Source of the DNA: Candidatus Methanoperedenaceae archaeon
GTDB taxonomy: Archaea; Halobacteriota; Methanosarcinia; Methanosarcinales; Methanoperedenaceae
Assembly (NCBI GenBank): GCA_963753595.1
Contig: CAVWCX010000001.1
Span: 128,001-192,000 of the forward strand
Length of the DNA: 64,000 nt
Direction: 5' to 3'
Of this stretch, positions 32,751 through 43,268 are shown in pieces (within the stretch, counting starts at the first letter, position 1; each line of letters begins with the position of its first letter). The notes beneath the pieces are model-generated. The model worked only from the letters and a program-made list of their open reading frames with translations, was not told the DNA's origin and searched no databases. The translations under genes were made by a program, and so were the position numbers.

Positions 32751-34480
32751 GAGGCTGTCCGATAATTAACTGAAAAACTCTCCGATTTTTCCATAATTCC
32801 AAATTATAATCAAGCCCATTGCTTGCGAAATAATTTCAAAACATTTATATCATACAAATACAGTTTTTAAATAAATATGACTTTCTATAAAGACCTCAAA
32901 GACCAGGAACTGCTCTTACCTCCAAACATTCGTGATATGATACCAAAAAATCACATCTGCCATCTGGTTGATAAAATAATCCAGAATATGGATCTATCTG
33001 ATATCGAAAAGGAATACGAAGGAGCAGGACACCCCGCATATCATCCAAAACTCATCCTCAAGCTTCTGATATTGGGTCAAATAGATGGAGTACGTTCATC
33101 AAGGATAATAGCAAAAAATGCTAGAGAGAACGTGGTATACATTTACCTTGCAGGTCTTCTCCAACCTGATTTCAGGACGATAAGCGACTTTCGGAAAAAC
33201 AATCTTGAAATGGTCAAATCATCATTTCATGAAGTTGTAAAATTCGCAAAAGATCTTGGCATGGTATCTCTTGGTCACATATGCATTGATGGAACAAAAA
33301 TAAAAGCCAATGCATCAAATCACAGTGCAGTAACAAAAGATGATTTTTTAAAATTGAAGGAACTCGTTGAAAGAGAACTGGAAGAAGGCATCAGAATAGA
33401 CGAGGAAGAGGACAGGATCCATGGTGATAAGAATATCGATGAGCTGCCAGATAACATCTTTGACAAAACGATAGCGGAAAAATTGAAAGAGAAATATCAG
33501 TCAGGGAGCAAAGAACAAAAAGAAAAAATCAAGAAACAGGTTGATAAGATCGAAAAAGAAATCGAAAAATCAGAGAGTGCCATCAGTGCTACTGATCCTG
33601 AAAGCAGGTTCATGCCAAATAACAAGAAGGTCACTGAATATTCCTATAATCCTCAGATAACAGCGGATTCTTCTTTTGGGATAATCATTTCCAACGATGT
33701 CACGTCAGAGGTAAGGGATGCAAATCAGCTTAAGCCTCAGATAATACAGGCAGAAGAGAATGTTGGAACCCTTCCGGAAGGTACGAAGGTGAGTGCTGAT
33801 AATGGATATTCAAGCAGCAAGAATCTCAAATTCATGAAGAAAAAAAAGCTGGATGGCTATATCCCGGATGAAAAAACGGCATCAAACCTGAACAAAAATG
33901 AAGGAAAACCAGAAAACCCATTCGGTAAAGAGAATTTCGATTATGACCCGATAGAAGATTGTTTCATTTGCCCCAATAATCAGAAACTGACGTTCCGTTT
34001 TGAGTATGTGGATATTGCCAAAAACAGAAATGTGCGGATTTATAAAGGCACTCAGTGTAAGCAATGTCCTGATCGTAAAAAATGTTCAAAGAACTCTCGG
34101 GATGGAAAAGTGATCAAGAATTATGAGGGGATGGAAGAGGAAAGAAGGAAGATGGCTTCTAAATTGATGTCAAAAGAGGGAGCATTGACATATCAGACGA
34201 GGAAAAAGGTCGTGGAGTGCATCTTTGGTCATATCAAGAGGAATCTTGGGTTCAGGGAATTTCTGTTGAGAGGGATTAATGGGGCGAAAATTGAGTTCAA
34301 TCTTACCTGCATTGCTTCAAACCTGAGAAGAATGTGGAACTTTTTGAATGGATTTATTGAAGTAAGATGTTAAATTGGAGAAGAAGTATCGTTTTTTTTT
34401 GTTTGTCTGAAAAATTAGGCAATTATTGCTGAAACATTGCTTGAATAAACTGTATTTGATATCAAATGTCGGTCAACCTC
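32751..34480 (+). mobile_element. IS1182-family insertion sequence, 1,730 bp
   Basis: Imperfect terminal inverted repeats GAGGCTGTCCGATAATT / reverse complement GAGGTTGACCGACATTT; 5-bp direct repeat GTTCA at 32746-32750 and 34481-34485. Confidence 0.92.
32877..34373 (+). CDS. IS1182-family DDE transposase
   Basis: GHPAYHP, RSSR, PDFRTISDFR, IDGTKIKANAS, YNPQ, ADNGY, VECIFGHIKRNLGFREFLLRG. Confidence 0.92.
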   Translation: MTFYKDLKDQELLLPPNIRDMIPKNHICHLVDKIIQNMDLSDIEKEYEGAGHPAYHPKLILKLLILGQIDGVRSSRIIAKNARENVVYIYLAGLLQPDFRTISDFRKNNLEMVKSSFHEVVKFAKDLGMVSLGHICIDGTKIKANASNHSAVTKDDFLKLKELVERELEEGIRIDEEEDRIHGDKNIDELPDNIFDKTIAEKLKEKYQSGSKEQKEKIKKQVDKIEKEIEKSESAISATDPESRFMPNNKKVTEYSYNPQITADSSFGIIISNDVTSEVRDANQLKPQIIQAEENVGTLPEGTKVSADNGYSSSKNLKFMKKKKLDGYIPDEKTASNLNKNEGKPENPFGKENFDYDPIEDCFICPNNQKLTFRFEYVDIAKNRNVRIYKGTQCKQCPDRKKCSKNSRDGKVIKNYEGMEEERRKMASKLMSKEGALTYQTRKKVVECIFGHIKRNLGFREFLLRGINGAKIEFNLTCIASNLRRMWNFLNGFIEVRC

Positions 34481-36058
34481 GTTCAATGCAGGATGTGCCA
34501 CGATGCGATGCACAACATAACGATCAAGGATTGTCAAACATGCCATACCAGAGCACCAATCACCCACCCAATTCCAGACCCCTCTTTTTCCCTATATACG
34601 CAAAGCCAATGCCTCGCTTGCCATGGTGATCCGCACAAAGTGACAGCTGCTGGTGGAGGCTGTGTAGGATGCCACTCCAGTCCAGGCACCAGATACTATG
34701 TCAATACAAGCCTGTTTGCAGGACATGCAAATTTGAATACATCTGACGGTGCAAATAACGTCACAGATGCAGATTGCATGACCTGTCATTTTGGATCATC
34801 TGACATCATAATGAGCCCGGATGCGGGTCTTGGTGGTGCAAATCACAATAACACCTGGTTCTGTGATGATTGCCACACTGAAGGTGGATCAGGACCTCTC
34901 AAATCAACAATTCTAAAATCTGTTAGCCATGGTTCAACAGATTGTAAATGGTGTCATATTGCGGGGGACCCTCTACAAAGACCATTAATTAATGAAAATG
35001 AAACATTGAGATATCATCCCAATGGACCTAAGGGAACTTCGGCTGGACAGAATTGCTTAACCTGTCATGTATCTGGCAATCTTCCTGACCTGCCATTCCA
35101 TGCACCTGGAGAAAGCCATTCAACCACGACTACAGATGATTGTAGTGAATTTTGCCACCAAAATTCTGATCCTCACTGGGTCACTCCTTTAAATGCAGGG
35201 ACTCTTCCAACTATTTCAGGTTTAACAGTAACCACGCCAGTCACATCAGGAACACCCGCTATAGTTCAAGCTACAATAAAGGATGATTATATGCAGATAG
35301 CAGCAGCACAATATCGAGTTACTGATGCTTCAGGGGAAATAATTCCATGGACAAACATGACTCCAGCCGGAGGAAGATTTAGTTTATCGACACAGGGTGT
35401 TTCTTCGAATATAATCACCTCGAACCTGAAAGGCACATACACGGTATATGTCAAAGGGATGGCTTCAGCTTATAAGACGAATCCATCAATCCCTTATTAT
35501 CCGATGAATGGGCAATGGAGTAGTGGTGTTTATAGTGCTCAATTTAAAGTGGAAGAACCAGAAGGATATGGTAATGGAACGGTTTATGGTATCCTTGACC
35601 AAAAAATTGCAGGAGCTATAGTATCCACAAATACCAGCGTTTCTACAATAACAGACCAGAATGGGGCTTATTCATTGAGCCTTCCAAATGGAACGTATCG
35701 GTTGACAGCAAGCAAGGAGCCTGAATATTATTCAAACAGCAGCATAATAGTGGCGGTGACGGCGTTTACCACGGTAACTCAGGATATTATTCTCACTCCT
35801 AAACCAACGGGAAATATAAGCGGGACTGTCAGAGTTAAATGAGCACTCGTGAGGTTGAATTATTACATGTAAAATATAATGTAACAAAAATTCATGCAAT
35901 GACTTTGAATAAAAAAAGATAATTTGAAAATAAATGGCAAAAAAAGGCAATTTTAACCTCGCCCAAATTTTTTTGCTCAAGTGGTAATATTCGCTATACT
36001 CCCAATAACTGTAAGGTAAAATAAGAAATCTTAAATATCCGGACGTGGATTACGATTT

Positions 36059-36424
36059 ATGTTTTCGAATAATTTAACCAGAATAATTGTATCTCTACTG
36101 TTGGTGTTTTTTGTTTTTAGCGCAGCAACAGATGCAGCAACTACAACTACCTATAGTGGAGTGACAACAACTTATGTTGGCAACATCAGAGGCGGTGTAA
36201 CGGCAGCCTACAGTGGCATAAACTCAAGCGGAAGTGCGCAACCTGGTGAAAATGTCACTGATACAGTCAAAACACCTATCCCTGTTGCTACAGTAACTGA
36301 AAAAGCAAGTCAAACAGAAACAGGTAAAATACCCACAACTCCATCAGAAAAGGCTTCCGGATTTGAAGTTGTTTTCGGAATGTTGGCCATAAGTATTCTA
36401 TGGTTTAAACTGAAGAGAAGATAA
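36059..36424 (+). CDS. Small Thr-rich secreted protein with a PGF-CTERM-like (archaeosortase) tail
   Basis: Signal peptide; T/P-rich linker; ASGFEVVFGMLAISILWFKLKRR. Confidence 0.75.
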   Translation: MFSNNLTRIIVSLLLVFFVFSAATDAATTTTYSGVTTTYVGNIRGGVTAAYSGINSSGSAQPGENVTDTVKTPIPVATVTEKASQTETGKIPTTPSEKASGFEVVFGMLAISILWFKLKRR

Positions 36425-36735
36425 TTCCTGGCGATTTCCAGAAAAGTAATAGTTTGAGATAATACTATACTAATTCAGCCATATGTGGCCTGAGCAATCA
36501 TATTTTACTATTTGACAACATCAGTGTATATGGACAAATCAGAAGCTGAGAGTTTCACCTTGGGGGTGCGCCGGATGGCGGTGGATATGAGATTTTTCCA
36601 AACGTCTTATAATGATTATAACAATTATTATTTATCCCATTCAATAAATTTAAGTAGAAAGAAAGGGTACGTAAAAACAATCGTCGTTTTCAATAATCGT
36701 AATTTGAAAATGTTTTACAATGGATAGGATAGGAT

Positions 36736-39528
36736 ATGGATCATAAAAGTTACGTGGTATTTAAAATGAAAAATACGATCGAAACTGGAATTTTATTAAT
36801 TTTGTCAATACTGCTTTTAACCAATGTGGCAAGCGCTGCGTACACGGGCTGGGTGGCCCCGAGCGCAAATTCAGGCGGATCAGGGGTTTCAAATCCAACT
36901 TATGCTTACGTTGATACTACTACATATGCATCTTTCTCCAATGCTGGTTATTGGAACTGGTATGGTTATGCATTATCCTCAATTCCTTCGGGAAGTACTA
37001 TAGATGGTATTGAAGTAAACGCAAAAGGACGTGAATCTTCGTCTGGTTGTAGTAGTTGTTATATGCGGTTGCGGTTAAGCTATGATGGCGGTACGACCTG
37101 GACAAGTTATATCAATACGGCATCTTCATCATGGACAACTACCATCTCGGATCATATTGCTGGAGGCCCGGCTAATAAATGGGGGCGCGAGTGGACAAGA
37201 GACGAGATAGTGAATAATCTTAGAGTTCAGGCGTATTGGGTTGGCAGTAGTACTTCAGGACGTCTTACCTATCTTCCTGTGAAAATTTATTATACTGAAC
37301 CAGTCGATATAACTCCCCCTGTAATTACATTATCAGGTTCAAGTTCGGTGACCGTCGAAGCAGGTTCCGTATATACCGATGCGGGAGCAACTGCACAGGA
37401 CAATATTGATGGCAACATTACTTTATCCATTGTAACAGGCGGTCTCCCGATCAATACGAACATCCTCGGAACTCACACAGTCACTTACGATGTGAATGAC
37501 TCTAATGGCAATGTGGCGATCCAGGTTTCAAGAACTGTTAACGTTGTTGATTCAACTCTCCCTGTAATTACGTTATCAGGTTCCAGTCCTGTTACCGTCG
37601 AAGCAGGTTCTGCATATACCGATGCGGGTGCAACAGCCCTTGATAACTATGATGGTGATCTTACTTCTTCCATCGTAACAGGAGGTCTCCCGATCAATAC
37701 GAACATCCTCGGAGCTCACACAGTAACTTACGATGTTACTGACTCTAATGGCAATGCAGCGATCCAGGTGACAAGAACTGTTAACGTTGTTGATTCAACT
37801 CTCCCTGTAATTACGTTATCAGGTTCCAGTCCTGTGACCATCGAGATCGGTTCTTTATATACCGATTCAGGGGCAACAGCATTGGATAATATTGACGGTG
37901 ATATTACCTCTTTTATAGTAACGGTCAATCCTGTAAACACAGCAATTATTGGAACATATACTGTCACCTATAATGTAAAAGACTCAAGCAACAATAATGC
38001 AGATCAGAAAACAAGAACGGTCAATGTAGTGGATCTAACTCCACCAGAGATCACCTTAAACGGGAATAATCCAGAAATTGTAGAGGTAGGTTCAACCTAT
38101 ACTGATGCCGGAGTCACAGTTACAGATAACTACGATACTGGTCTCTTGGCAACAATGACTGGAAGTGTCAATACAGCAGTTTTGGGAGAATATATACTGA
38201 CTTACAATGCAGTGGACTCTTCAGGAAATGCAGCCATTATGAAAACAAGAACAGTAAATGTAGTGGATACAACCGGGCCTGAGATCACCTTAAACGGCAA
38301 TAATCCTGAGACTGTTGAGGCAGGTTCAACTTATACTGATGCCGGAGCCACAGTTACGGATAACTACGATACTGGTCTCATACCAACAATGACTGGAGCG
38401 GTAAATACAGCAGTTGTAGGGATATATACACTGACTTATAATGCAGTTGATACTTCAGGAAATGCAGCCATTATGAAAACAAGAACTGTTAACGTTGTTG
38501 ATACAAATACACCAATAATTACGTTATCAGGTTTCACTCCTGTGACCGTCGAAGCAGGTTCAGTATATACCGATGCGGGAGCAACTGCACAGGACAATAT
38601 TGATGGTGACCTTACTTCATCCATTGTAACAGGAGGACTTCCTATCAATACAAGCGAACTCGGAGCTCACACAGTTACTTACGATGTGACTGACTCTAAT
38701 GGCAATGCAGCGATCCAGGCGACAAGAACGGTTAATGTTGTTGATACAACTTCCCCTGTAATTACTTTATCAGGTTCCAATCCTGTGATCGTCGAGGCAG
38801 GTTCCGTATATACCGATTCCGGGGCAACTGCACAGGACAATATTGATGGCGACATTACTTCATCCATTGTAACAGGAGGTCTCCCGGTCAATACAAAAGT
38901 CCTTGGAGCTCACACAGTTACTTACAATGTGACCGACAACAGTAGCAATTCAGCCGTCCAGGTGACGAGGACTGTTAACGTCGTTGATACGACTTCCCCT
39001 GTAATTACTTTATCAGGTTCCAATCCTGTGACCGTCGAGGCTGGTTTTTTCGTATATACGGATGCGGGGGCAACAGCTCTTGATAACTATGATGGTTACC
39101 TTAATTCATCCATCGTAACGGGAGGTCTCCCGATCAACACGAACATACTCGGACCTCACACAGTTACTTATGATGTGGCCGATTCTAATGGCAATGCAGC
39201 GATCAGGGTGACAAGAACTGTTTTTGTTACCTCAACACTTCCGAGTGTAAGGCAAATTAACGGCACTGTCATCGATAGCGCGCACACACCCCTTGCAGGA
39301 GTAACAGTTTCAACAACAAACGGAATTTCATCAATGACAGATGGATCCGGAAAATATTCACTTATTGTCGGCCAGGGATCATATCCATTGACTGCATCGT
39401 ATGATATCAGATATTATACGAATAGGTCTGTGACCGTATCCACAACTGGATTCACAAGTGTGACGCAGGATATTGAACTTGTATTGAAACCAACAGGAAA
39501 TATAACCGGTATTGTAAAAAGTAATTAA
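36736..39528 (+). CDS. Adhesin-like surface protein with 8 DUF5011-type Ig repeats
   Basis: Eight D..P.ITL.G...V..G..YTD.G.T..DN.D repeats; N-terminal beta domain; C-terminal carboxypeptidase-regulatory-like domain. Confidence 0.85.
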   Translation: MDHKSYVVFKMKNTIETGILLILSILLLTNVASAAYTGWVAPSANSGGSGVSNPTYAYVDTTTYASFSNAGYWNWYGYALSSIPSGSTIDGIEVNAKGRESSSGCSSCYMRLRLSYDGGTTWTSYINTASSSWTTTISDHIAGGPANKWGREWTRDEIVNNLRVQAYWVGSSTSGRLTYLPVKIYYTEPVDITPPVITLSGSSSVTVEAGSVYTDAGATAQDNIDGNITLSIVTGGLPINTNILGTHTVTYDVNDSNGNVAIQVSRTVNVVDSTLPVITLSGSSPVTVEAGSAYTDAGATALDNYDGDLTSSIVTGGLPINTNILGAHTVTYDVTDSNGNAAIQVTRTVNVVDSTLPVITLSGSSPVTIEIGSLYTDSGATALDNIDGDITSFIVTVNPVNTAIIGTYTVTYNVKDSSNNNADQKTRTVNVVDLTPPEITLNGNNPEIVEVGSTYTDAGVTVTDNYDTGLLATMTGSVNTAVLGEYILTYNAVDSSGNAAIMKTRTVNVVDTTGPEITLNGNNPETVEAGSTYTDAGATVTDNYDTGLIPTMTGAVNTAVVGIYTLTYNAVDTSGNAAIMKTRTVNVVDTNTPIITLSGFTPVTVEAGSVYTDAGATAQDNIDGDLTSSIVTGGLPINTSELGAHTVTYDVTDSNGNAAIQATRTVNVVDTTSPVITLSGSNPVIVEAGSVYTDSGATAQDNIDGDITSSIVTGGLPVNTKVLGAHTVTYNVTDNSSNSAVQVTRTVNVVDTTSPVITLSGSNPVTVEAGFFVYTDAGATALDNYDGYLNSSIVTGGLPINTNILGPHTVTYDVADSNGNAAIRVTRTVFVTSTLPSVRQINGTVIDSAHTPLAGVTVSTTNGISSMTDGSGKYSLIVGQGSYPLTASYDIRYYTNRSVTVSTTGFTSVTQDIELVLKPTGNITGIVKSN

Positions 39529-39716
39529 CGAAAACATCCTGCAGGATCGTATTAAATTAATGTTCCTGCAGGACCATTTGTATTTTTGAGCCCAGATATT
39601 GAAGAGGAAATTGAACTCTTTTGAAAACTATCTTTTGAAAACCGAAAAGACTAATAACAGGAAGTTTTAAACATATCCGAAATAGCCAAAAAATAACGGA
39701 TAGGTGTGGTTAATAA

Positions 39717-41504
39717 ATGATACAATGTAAAACATATAGAAGATATCAGATCTTCAAGAAGGTTATCGAACTAAGTATTGTGTTATTTGTCCTGTTGTCT
39801 GGCGGGGCACTTGGTGCAACAATAAACCAATGCGGCAATATTGATTCACCAGGCGACTACGTACTTGGCCAGGATATCTGGAGCACAGGGAACACGGCAG
39901 TAACGTCCTGCATTAATATAACGTCAAGCAATGTGGTTTTTGACGGTGGTAGCCATTATATTATTGGCAATTCAGCAGAAGTCGGATCGATCGGGGTTTA
40001 CGTGAATAATCCAGCAAGCACTATTACAAATGTAACTGTAAATAATGTGAACGTTACCCGGTGGGACTCCGGAATTTATCTGCGGAATTCTTCTAATAAT
40101 AATGTCACAGGCAACAATGCCTCAAATAACTCAAATGGGATCAACCTGTCTAATTCAAACAATAATTATATTTATAATAATTATTTTAACAATTCAAATA
40201 ATGTTATCATTGACTCAAGTGTAAATTATTGGAATACAACAAGACGATCGGAAAAAAACATCATCAATGGCTCTTTTATAGGGGGCAATTTCTGGGCAGA
40301 CCCTGATGGTAATGGCTGGAGCCAGACATGCACGGTCAATAATTTCTATGGGATGTGTGATTCACCATACGTTATCGATCCTGCCAACAAAGATTTCCTG
40401 CCGCTTACGAAATTACTGCCAACGGCAAGGTACATTACCGGTAAAGTACTTGATAATGTTACTAAACTGGGTATTGCTGGCGTGAATGTATCTCTTAATA
40501 ACAGCAACTCGACTATCACTGATGATGATGGGTTGTATTTCTTCGTGGTAGGGCCAGATACATTTGAAATTACGGCGACTTTTGATATGACGTATTATAC
40601 GAATAATTCGGTAGTCATTTCGACAGTATCAAATCCTGTTGTGGAGCAGGATATTTTACTTGTTAAGAAGCCAACAGGAACGATAACAGGTAAGGTGTCC
40701 GGATACACAATGATAACAATATCTTCACCAGTGAATATCTTTTACCACACGACTGAAATTCCATTGATCGTCTCTTGCGACAAGCCAGCCAATTCCTGGC
40801 AATATAGCCTGAATGGGGCAGCTAATGTCACATTCACACCACCTGCTACTATAACTGTTTCACAGGGACAGAATAACCTGATAGTATATGCACTGGATTC
40901 AACAGGTAAATGGGATTCAAATTCAGTTTCATTTTCTGTGGATTCGATACCTCCGGCATCTGTGGATAACCTTCACAATGTAAGCTATGCCTTTGATTAT
41001 ATCAACTGGACATGGGCTGATCCGGCAGATGAGGATTTCCAAAAAGTGCTGGTGTATCTTGATGGCGTTCTTAAGGGCGAAGTTCCAAAAGGAGTAATGT
41101 ATTTCAATGCTACTGGCCTGGAACAGGCAACTTACACAATTGGTATAAGAACAGTGGATATCAATGGCACTGAAAATGCGACCCTGAGGACGCACACAGC
41201 AGCCACAATTCTTCCGGAAGGAAGGTACATTAACGGTACAGTAATGGAAAAGGGCACAACAAACGGAATAAAGGGCGTTAATGTGACCACCAATACATTA
41301 GTTTCAACATTGACGAATGAAACAGGGTTCTATTCACTGTCCCTTCCTTCGGGCTCATTTGACCTTACGGCAAGGCTTGAGCCAGGATACTATACCAATA
41401 GTTCGGTAACGGTATCAACAGAATTGAGAGCTGTTACGATACAGAATATTGAACTTGAAATTAAACCAACAGGAAATATTACAGGAAGTGTTAAACATGC
41501 TTAA
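39717..41504 (+). CDS. NosD/parallel beta-helix surface protein with Ig/FN3 and two carboxypeptidase-regulatory-like domains
   Basis: Asn-rich GIYL..S.NN repeats, GGNFW..P.G.G.S motif typical of Methanosarcinales surface proteins, YINWTWADP FN3-like domain. Confidence 0.82.
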   Translation: MIQCKTYRRYQIFKKVIELSIVLFVLLSGGALGATINQCGNIDSPGDYVLGQDIWSTGNTAVTSCINITSSNVVFDGGSHYIIGNSAEVGSIGVYVNNPASTITNVTVNNVNVTRWDSGIYLRNSSNNNVTGNNASNNSNGINLSNSNNNYIYNNYFNNSNNVIIDSSVNYWNTTRRSEKNIINGSFIGGNFWADPDGNGWSQTCTVNNFYGMCDSPYVIDPANKDFLPLTKLLPTARYITGKVLDNVTKLGIAGVNVSLNNSNSTITDDDGLYFFVVGPDTFEITATFDMTYYTNNSVVISTVSNPVVEQDILLVKKPTGTITGKVSGYTMITISSPVNIFYHTTEIPLIVSCDKPANSWQYSLNGAANVTFTPPATITVSQGQNNLIVYALDSTGKWDSNSVSFSVDSIPPASVDNLHNVSYAFDYINWTWADPADEDFQKVLVYLDGVLKGEVPKGVMYFNATGLEQATYTIGIRTVDINGTENATLRTHTAATILPEGRYINGTVMEKGTTNGIKGVNVTTNTLVSTLTNETGFYSLSLPSGSFDLTARLEPGYYTNSSVTVSTELRAVTIQNIELEIKPTGNITGSVKHA

Positions 41505-41614
41505 ATATGTGCAAATGCAGAATAAAATGATGATGAGGAACGAAAAAGTCGAAAGTTATATAAACTTTCGTTTCATAAGATTGTTATATAATAATATAGG
41601 ATAGGAGAGTAGAA

Positions 41615-43255
41615 ATGAATCAAATGAAAGGTTTTTCTCGAGTGAATAGATTTATTGCGTTGTTGTTAGCTATATCGTTTTTGGTATTGGGGACTGTGAG
41701 TTCAGTATCAGCGGCTGTTACAACTGCAAGCGGTGACAATATAAGCGGTGCATTTGTCAAGCTTGTGGATTATCCCCAGTATAATGCTACGACTGATGGT
41801 TTTGGGAATTATGCTATCCTTAATGTACCATATGATGGGCTGGCGGGGGGGTCGACATATTCAATAAGAACTCGTGCGGCTGGATTCGCTCTAAATACCA
41901 GCACTGTTTTTATTAATGGAGCGAGTGCAACAAAGAATATTGCTTTATTACCGGGATATAAATACACTGCAGCTGGTCAGATATATGGTGGCCAGTGGAG
42001 AACTAATTTCATAATCGGTAATCTGGGGCCCCAAGCTACAACCTTAGATGTTAACTTCATAGATTTGTCAGGTATCACCAGAAATAATTCCGAGGATGTA
42101 ATTTCAAATATGGCCTCGAAAGATTACACCTGGTTTGATAGAGTAGGCGCTATTGAAGGATCAGGAACAATAACTTCAGAACAGTTAATTGACACAGTAA
42201 CCTTACAAAGAAGCAGTTCAGCAGGTAAAATAGGATTCTTTGAAGGAACACCATTGAATACAGAAAAAACACAATGGTTTGTGCCAGGTATGATTTTCTC
42301 TGGTCAGTGGAGATCAGGGTTTAAAGTTCTGAATCTTGGAACTGTTGATGCGGATGTGACTATGTATTGGTATAATTCAAATGGTGTTTTGATAAACACA
42401 ATAACCAGAACAATACCTCCAAATGCAGCGCCATATTATGATTGGAATACCTATGGGTTAATTGCAAGCGGGAACTCACCACAAGCAACTGAAGGTACGG
42501 TTACTATCGTCTCTAACAATGCCCAACCCATCAGTGTAACAGCATCACAGGCAAGTGAAAGCGCAGGAAAATTCGGGTTCTGGAACGGTATTTATTTGAA
42601 TGACCAGAAAACAGATGTATTTGTTACAGGTCAATTATGGAATAATCCAGCATGGAGATCAGGCTTTAAAGTAGCGAACATTGGTTCAGTTGATGCTGAT
42701 GTAACTATGTATTTCTATAATTCTGCAGGCACTTTGATAAATACTGTGAACAGAATTGTATCTCCAAAAGCATCACCATATTTTGATTGGTATACATATG
42801 GATTTGTTCCAAGCGGAAATGTTGCAGGCGACGGCACTGTCAGAGTAGTATCAAATAATGGTACACCTATATATGTGGTAGAAAGCCAGGCCAGTGAAGT
42901 TCCAGGGTTTATTGATTTCTATCAGGGTGTAGAAATTAATGGAAATAATACTGCAGGCCTTATAAACTTGAAATTTGGAGGCGGTGAGCGAAGTGGATTC
43001 AAGATTGCAAATCCTGGGAATTCGCCAATAACTGCTACTATCAAATTCTATAACGCTACTGGAGGACTTCTAAGAACTGAAACCGGTTTTAGTGTTCCTG
43101 CGAAAGGATCGCCATACTTGGCCTGGAATACATATACTTCAGAACCTTCAGGTTCAGTGACTGTGGAAGCAACAAACAGGATAAGTGTTACAGTAAGCTT
43201 CGCAAGTGATACAGAAAGCAAAATGGGTATGTTTAAAGGAATAGCAGTACAATAA
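41615..43255 (+). CDS. Secreted protein: N-terminally incomplete carboxypeptidase-regulatory-like domain plus four ~100-aa beta repeats
   Basis: Repeats WRTNFIIGNLG, WRSGFKVLNLG, WRSGFKVANIG, ERSGFKIANPG. Confidence 0.8.
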   Translation: MNQMKGFSRVNRFIALLLAISFLVLGTVSSVSAAVTTASGDNISGAFVKLVDYPQYNATTDGFGNYAILNVPYDGLAGGSTYSIRTRAAGFALNTSTVFINGASATKNIALLPGYKYTAAGQIYGGQWRTNFIIGNLGPQATTLDVNFIDLSGITRNNSEDVISNMASKDYTWFDRVGAIEGSGTITSEQLIDTVTLQRSSSAGKIGFFEGTPLNTEKTQWFVPGMIFSGQWRSGFKVLNLGTVDADVTMYWYNSNGVLINTITRTIPPNAAPYYDWNTYGLIASGNSPQATEGTVTIVSNNAQPISVTASQASESAGKFGFWNGIYLNDQKTDVFVTGQLWNNPAWRSGFKVANIGSVDADVTMYFYNSAGTLINTVNRIVSPKASPYFDWYTYGFVPSGNVAGDGTVRVVSNNGTPIYVVESQASEVPGFIDFYQGVEINGNNTAGLINLKFGGGERSGFKIANPGNSPITATIKFYNATGGLLRTETGFSVPAKGSPYLAWNTYTSEPSGSVTVEATNRISVTVSFASDTESKMGMFKGIAVQ

Positions 43256-43268
43256 AGTGAATAAAAAT

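Larger units (their letters stand above)
30580..35842 (+). pseudogene. Multiheme cytochrome (reconstructed 1,175 aa; 13 CxxCH + 2 Cx3CH) with an immune-inhibitor-A/MAM-like beta-sandwich, interrupted by an IS
   Basis: Removing the IS and one GTTCA copy gives in-frame ...TPDVQCRMCH...; WYSMETDWDYGYV motif; shared C-terminal module. Confidence 0.9.

Noticed and set aside
34426-34629. ORFs starting inside the IS right end as independent genes
   Set aside because: Created by the insertion junction; 34486 onward is the 3' half of the interrupted cytochrome
36512-36727. 71-aa ORF
   Set aside because: TTG start, no recognisable features, overlaps the leader region of the next gene
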